Below, one piece after another: positions 59,351 through 64,000 of a stretch of 64,000 nucleotides of DNA. The notes under the pieces are model-generated. The model saw only the letters and a list, made by a program, of their open reading frames with translations, was not told the origin of the DNA and made no database searches. The translations under genes were made by a program, and so were the position numbers. Where the stretch lies: assembly GCA_013239625.1 (NCBI GenBank), contig MU053933.1:3091817-3155816 (forward strand), given 5' to 3'. The first letter of the stretch is position 1. Each line of letters opens with the position of its first letter. Source of the DNA: Lama guanicoe. Taxonomy: Eukaryota.

Positions 59351-62300
59351 CCGCCGGGCTGGCCGGCGTGCCGCGCCCACCTGGCGGCGGCTCCGGAGCT
59401 GTCCACTATGAGTGCTTAGGATTTTCGTGTTTGTCAGTTTTCATATCCTGGCACAAAGTCAAATGGAAAAGGCAAGTTATGGAGAAATGTCTGCTAGGGT
59501 ACCCCCTGCTGGCCCCACCCTCTGCCCTCCCCGCCCTTCCTGCCCACTGATTTGTAGGTGCTGGTCAGATGAGAAAGTCTAATTTTATTTTATTTTATTT
59601 TCTCTTCTTTTTATGGCAGAAATATCTCAAAAAGTGGAAAGTTCCCTTAGCACTTAGTCCTGCTCCCTCCTTTTAAAAAATGCAGAAATTGAGTCCCAAA
59701 GAGGCCAAGTTCAGGGCAGAGCCTAGGCAGACGCGTGCGCTCTCCTGGCCGCTCACCGCCACTTGCCGGATGGGCGTGTATCCAGGCACCACTGTCCAAT
59801 CCAGTTCTTCCCCACGATGTCACTTTACCTTTGAGGGGGTTTATCTGCTGGTGTGGCCTCTGTCTCCTGAACAGCAGCAGACACGTTGCAGTGGCACAGG
59901 TCAGGGTTGCAGTGTCAGACTTTCTGGGTTTGAGCAGAGCCCACCTCATGGGTTCTTGGCTGTGCCTGTAACACGCGTGGCCGGCGGGCTCTGGAGTGGA
60001 CCCCCACATGCTCCGCATCTGTTTGACAGTGAGGGGGAGACAGACAGACCAGAGGAGCATCGGAGGCTGCGGAGTCCCGGGGCAGTGGGGTGGGGAACCC
60101 TGCTGGATTATGATGCGCATTTGCCCCATTAACGTGGACAGCGCCACACAACTTGCATCCACTCACAGGGAGCCCCGTCTCACAGATGAGGGTACAGATC
60201 CACGCGACCAGACCTGCCTGTCTTCACCAAGCCAGCCAGTGCTGGGGCCGACTCGGGCCGGTTCTGCCACCCCTAGAGTTCCACTCTCCCCTGCCATCCC
60301 GAACAGCGCACAGCTGTGCACTCCTGGGGACTCGGTGACAGGCAGCAGTGGGCCCTGCCCTCCTGGGGACCATGCCAGCCCTGCTGTCGGACGCACTGAC
60401 ACATGACAGGGGAAGAGCAGACCAGGAGCAGAGAGCAGCCAGGCCAGGGCTGCTTCGGTCCTTCAGTGCTGGCGGATACCACTGCCCACAGGGCCACCCC
60501 CAGGCTCCCCCCAGCCCTGGCCCCGGGTGAAGGGCTGGAGCCCCCAGGACTCCAGTCGCGTGCCAGGCCCACTGCCTGCAGCAGCGCCGGGTCTGCGTGG
60601 AACCCAGTGGCGGTCAGAGCAGGTAGCCTGCCTGCCCTCAGCTGGTCTTTGCTCTTCAAGTTGACGCCTGCCGTCTCCAGAAACGGGGCTCCTCCTCCCT
60701 CCCGGGAGTGGAGCCCTTAAGCCTCGTCCCCGTGCTCGCTGTGCATGTGTTCAGGGGAGAGGAGCCATGCGGCAGGGTCCCCGGCCCCCAGCCCCTTCTT
60801 TCCCGCAGGATCATCTCGCCCGCGGCAGGCACAGCAGGTACGGGCCACCTCTCACCTCTTGTCCCCGTGAGGGTGTTTCCCGGTGAGCCCTTCTGCTGTG
60901 GTCACACTGAGCCTGGTGGTGGGAGGTCACAGGCAGACCTGCCGGGCAGCAGGTGTGCCGTCAGCCCCCGGCCCCTCCTTGCTGGGGACTCCCACCCAGA
61001 GCTGAATCTGACCACAGTCCCCATGTCCCGCCTCAGAACCTCCAGGCATGCCAGCTGAGCCTGGAAGGTGGCTGGTCCTCCCCAGGCAGGCCACCCAAGT
61101 GCCAGGGGCATCGAGGGAGGGCCGCTTTCACGACAGCTCGCCCTTTCCGAGGAGGGAGGGAGGGGACCCTCTGTGGTGGCAGATGCTGCAGGAGTAGCCA
61201 CCCGAATCCCAGCGGCTCCCACAGCTGAGCTTCTGCCTGGAAGGCGAGCCCGGGGCTGCGTCCGCCTGCCTCGCGCCAAGGCCCTGACCTGCAGAAGCGG
61301 GAAGAGGCTGGGCCAGCCCACCAGGCTCCACCAGCCCCTGTCCCCACAGCTGCACCTGCAGGGCAGTGGACAGGGAGGGGCCGTTGGGGGGCGGAGGTGA
61401 TCCTTCACATACTGGGAAGGGGCATTTGGTGTCTAAATTGTTAGGAGAGCCTGCCGGCCGCAGGCCAGCAGCAGCCCACTCCTCTGTCCCCCGAGGGCTC
61501 GTCCATGTAGGTGCAGGGAGAGCCCAGTGCTCGTGCCTCCCTGACACGGATTCTGCACGGCAGGACCCGGGTGGTGACTGGTCAGAGCCTCGTCTCACCT
61601 GGGACGCCTGCAGTGCTCCGATGGCCCCACCCACCAGCCGCAGGGCTCCGTGGGGCCCCATCCTCGCCTTCAGACAAGAGTCAGGGTGCTGAAAGCCTGC
61701 TCTGGGACGCATGGGGGCTGGTCTCCATCTGGGGGGGGCTGGGGGTTGCGTGCGGTCCTGGAATGCGCCACCCCACCTTCCGCTCGGCTGAGGACACCAC
61801 GGCCCTGGAGTCTCCAAGGGTGGGCGGTTCCAGCGTTCAGCCAAGTCTCACTACATTCACCATTACTTTCTGTTATTTTTAGTGTTTATTTAAGAAAGGA
61901 GGCTCGAATAAAAATAACTAAGGAAAGTGCAGTTCAGAGCCCCACCGAAGTCTGGGGGGTTGGGGTGGGGGACAGGCAGGAAGGTCCCAGACAAGCCCTG
62001 CGCCCTCCGGGGGGCAGCTCTCACAGCACACCTCTGTCGTCCCGGAAGTCACAGGGGACACCCTGCAGGTGGCCCCCCCCAAGTCACCCTTGGGTAAAGC
62101 CGGGGCCTGCAGGGGAGGCAGGCCAGCCAGGCAGCGGTCCAGGCCCGGCCCGGGGCTGCGTCCGGCATGGGGCTGGCAGGACAGAGCGGCCCATGGGCTC
62201 CCCTAGATGCGCTTGAGTCTGCGAGTGACAGCATGACGTCGAGGCGCTTGGGGCCCAGCCGGTCCTGCTCTGTGGCTCTCGGACCCTCCCGTAGAGCCCG

Positions 62301-62576
62301 AGGCCAGGCGGCCTCCGCACAGCCTGGCCACAGGAGAGGGGCTGGTTCAGGCGGGAGCTGCCAGGCAGCCGAGGGGAGGAAGGGACCCGGTGCGCCCACC
62401 GCCCGCAGCCCATTGGTCACCCCAGGCCAAGTCCTTGAGCGCTGCTGCGTCCGCCATGTGTCGCATGGCCCCTCCTATCTACCTGTGCAGAGTTCTGTTA
62501 CGCGTGTTTGATTTGGTGTGACTTCCACTCGATGACAATAACCTTCTTAGCTCTCGTGTCCCTCCTGCCCCCGCAG

Positions 62577-62652
62577 CTGACCAAGCTCCACCAGCTGGCC
62601 ATGCAGCAACCCCCCTTTCCTCCCCTCGGACAGACCAACCCCGCTCTCCCCG
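62577..62652 (+). CDS. PCBP3: PCBP3 exon (LTKLHQLAMQQPPFPPLGQTNPALP-G/)
   Basis: ctgcccccgcAG acceptor and G|gtacgt donor, 76 nt, phase 0-1. Confidence 0.95.
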
Positions 62653-63204
62653 GTACGTACCAGCGCCCTCTGACCTGCTCCCTTCTCGCCGGGGGCTTCC
62701 CGCGCTGTCTGCGTCCCAGGCAGCGAGCCGCGCAGGCACGGCCCTGTCGTGATGCCGGGGGCTCAGGTCCCCATGCAGCCGAGGGCGGGCGGGAGGTCTG
62801 TCTGTGTCTCCGTGGTGGGTCAGCCCCCGCAGCTGGCCTTCTGTGAAGCCGGGGTCCGCCCTGCTCTGCCGCCCGCCGGCCTGCAGGCGCCCTTCCACCT
62901 GCTGGCCCTGGAGCAGACGTGTTCTCGCAGGAGCAAGAGCCCAGGCGGGCAGGCGGGGAAGTCCTCCTGCAGGAGGCAGCGCACACCCGGCTGGCCCGCC
63001 CCGGACGCTGCTTGGCCCGGGGCGGGCCCCTCGGCTGTGTGCAGCCAGCCCGGTTCCCCGATAGCGGCAGAGCGTCGCCTCCGTGGCCGGGCCTGGGGCA
63101 GCCCGCCGGGCGCACCAGTCAGACTTTGAGCTTCCCTAGTTGAAGTGACCTTGCTTATCTCCTTGAGGGCAAAACATTAAATCTGTTTCTTCTCTGCTCT
63201 CCAG

Positions 63205-63264
63205 GAGAAAAGCTGCCTTTACACTCCTCCGAAGAAGCTCAAAATCTGATGGGCCAGTCGTCAG
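63205..63264 (+). CDS. PCBP3: PCBP3 60-nt exon (G-EKLPLHSSEEAQNLMGQSS-G/); gene continues beyond the window
   Basis: ttcttctctgctctccAG acceptor and CAG|gtaaaa donor, phase 1-1. The peptide matches the PCBP3-specific linker as I recall it. Confidence 0.93.
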
Positions 63265-64000
63265 GTAAAATAAAACCACGCTACGGAGAGCAAGCAGGCC
63301 AGGAAGGCTGCGCGGCCGCCCTGCTGGGCTCCCGGCCACGACCTGGTGGGAGGAGGGGGCGAGGGGGCCTGCCCGCCCAGCCCAGCGCCTCGGTGGAGGG
63401 ACGGCCGGGGCCACCCAGGGCCATGCAGGGCCGGAGCCCCAGTGGCCGGCTCCAGGGCTGCCCGGGTCGCTGCTGGGAGCGCGGTGGTGGGTCATGGGCT
63501 CTGACGGGCTCTGAGCACAGCGGCCCCACCATCCAGGGCCGAGTGTCCAAGCCACCGTCTGTGCTGTTGTTTATTCTGCCGGTGGCACAGCGTTTAGGGC
63601 CCGTAGGGATAATTTACACAATGTGTGCCTCCCAGACACATGCCTCCTAGGAGACGAGAGCTCACCCCAAGGTGCCACACGGGGCGAGGCTTGCGCTGAA
63701 ATGTCCCCGACAGGCAGGCAGAGCGAAGAGCCCTAGCTCCGTCACCTGGGCTCGGAGCAGAGGGCACGGCTCCTGGACAGGCCGTCTGGGAGCAAGGCCA
63801 TGGGAAGCCGGTGGTCTGGACTGGGCGAGTTCCCCGGGAGGGAGGCTCCACCCACTCTCCCATCCCCACGGGCCTCGTGAGAGCCTGGGTCAGAGCAGAA
63901 AGACGAGAGAAGGGTGTTTCCTGCGGGTCTCAGCTGTCACCCCTACTGTGTTCCGGCCTCAGGGAGGGCGAGGCTGGGGCTCGAGGAAGTCCCAAGATGT

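Overview
GC-rich mammalian genomic DNA, with one 669-N assembly gap at 42985-43653. The SINE and L1 3' ends resemble camelid/cetartiodactyl elements; this is recalled from memory, not searched. The window lies within PCBP3 (poly(rC)-binding protein 3, hnRNP E3/alphaCP3) on the + strand. Eleven coding exons with canonical AG/GT boundaries and consistent phases (20339-63264, 853 nt, about 284 codons) give [66 protein letters not shown]...GEKLPLHSSEEAQNLMGQSS. That covers the N-terminal extension, KH1, KH2 and the linker. The KH3 exons and the main promoter are outside the window. The rest is intron containing old L1 fragments, MaLR/ERV LTRs, SINEs, a tiny TSD-flanked L1 tail and minisatellites. 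Nearly all long ORFs in the track are GC-content artefacts. I found no convincing new gene system. The best leads are a recursive-splice-like AG|GTGAG start exon with uORFs and leaky scanning between two starts; patches of strong AT-to-GC conversion in repeats; intronic arrays of nuclear-receptor DR0 and TGCACAC motifs; a tandem duplication with a templated junction; and an internal CpG-island promoter candidate.
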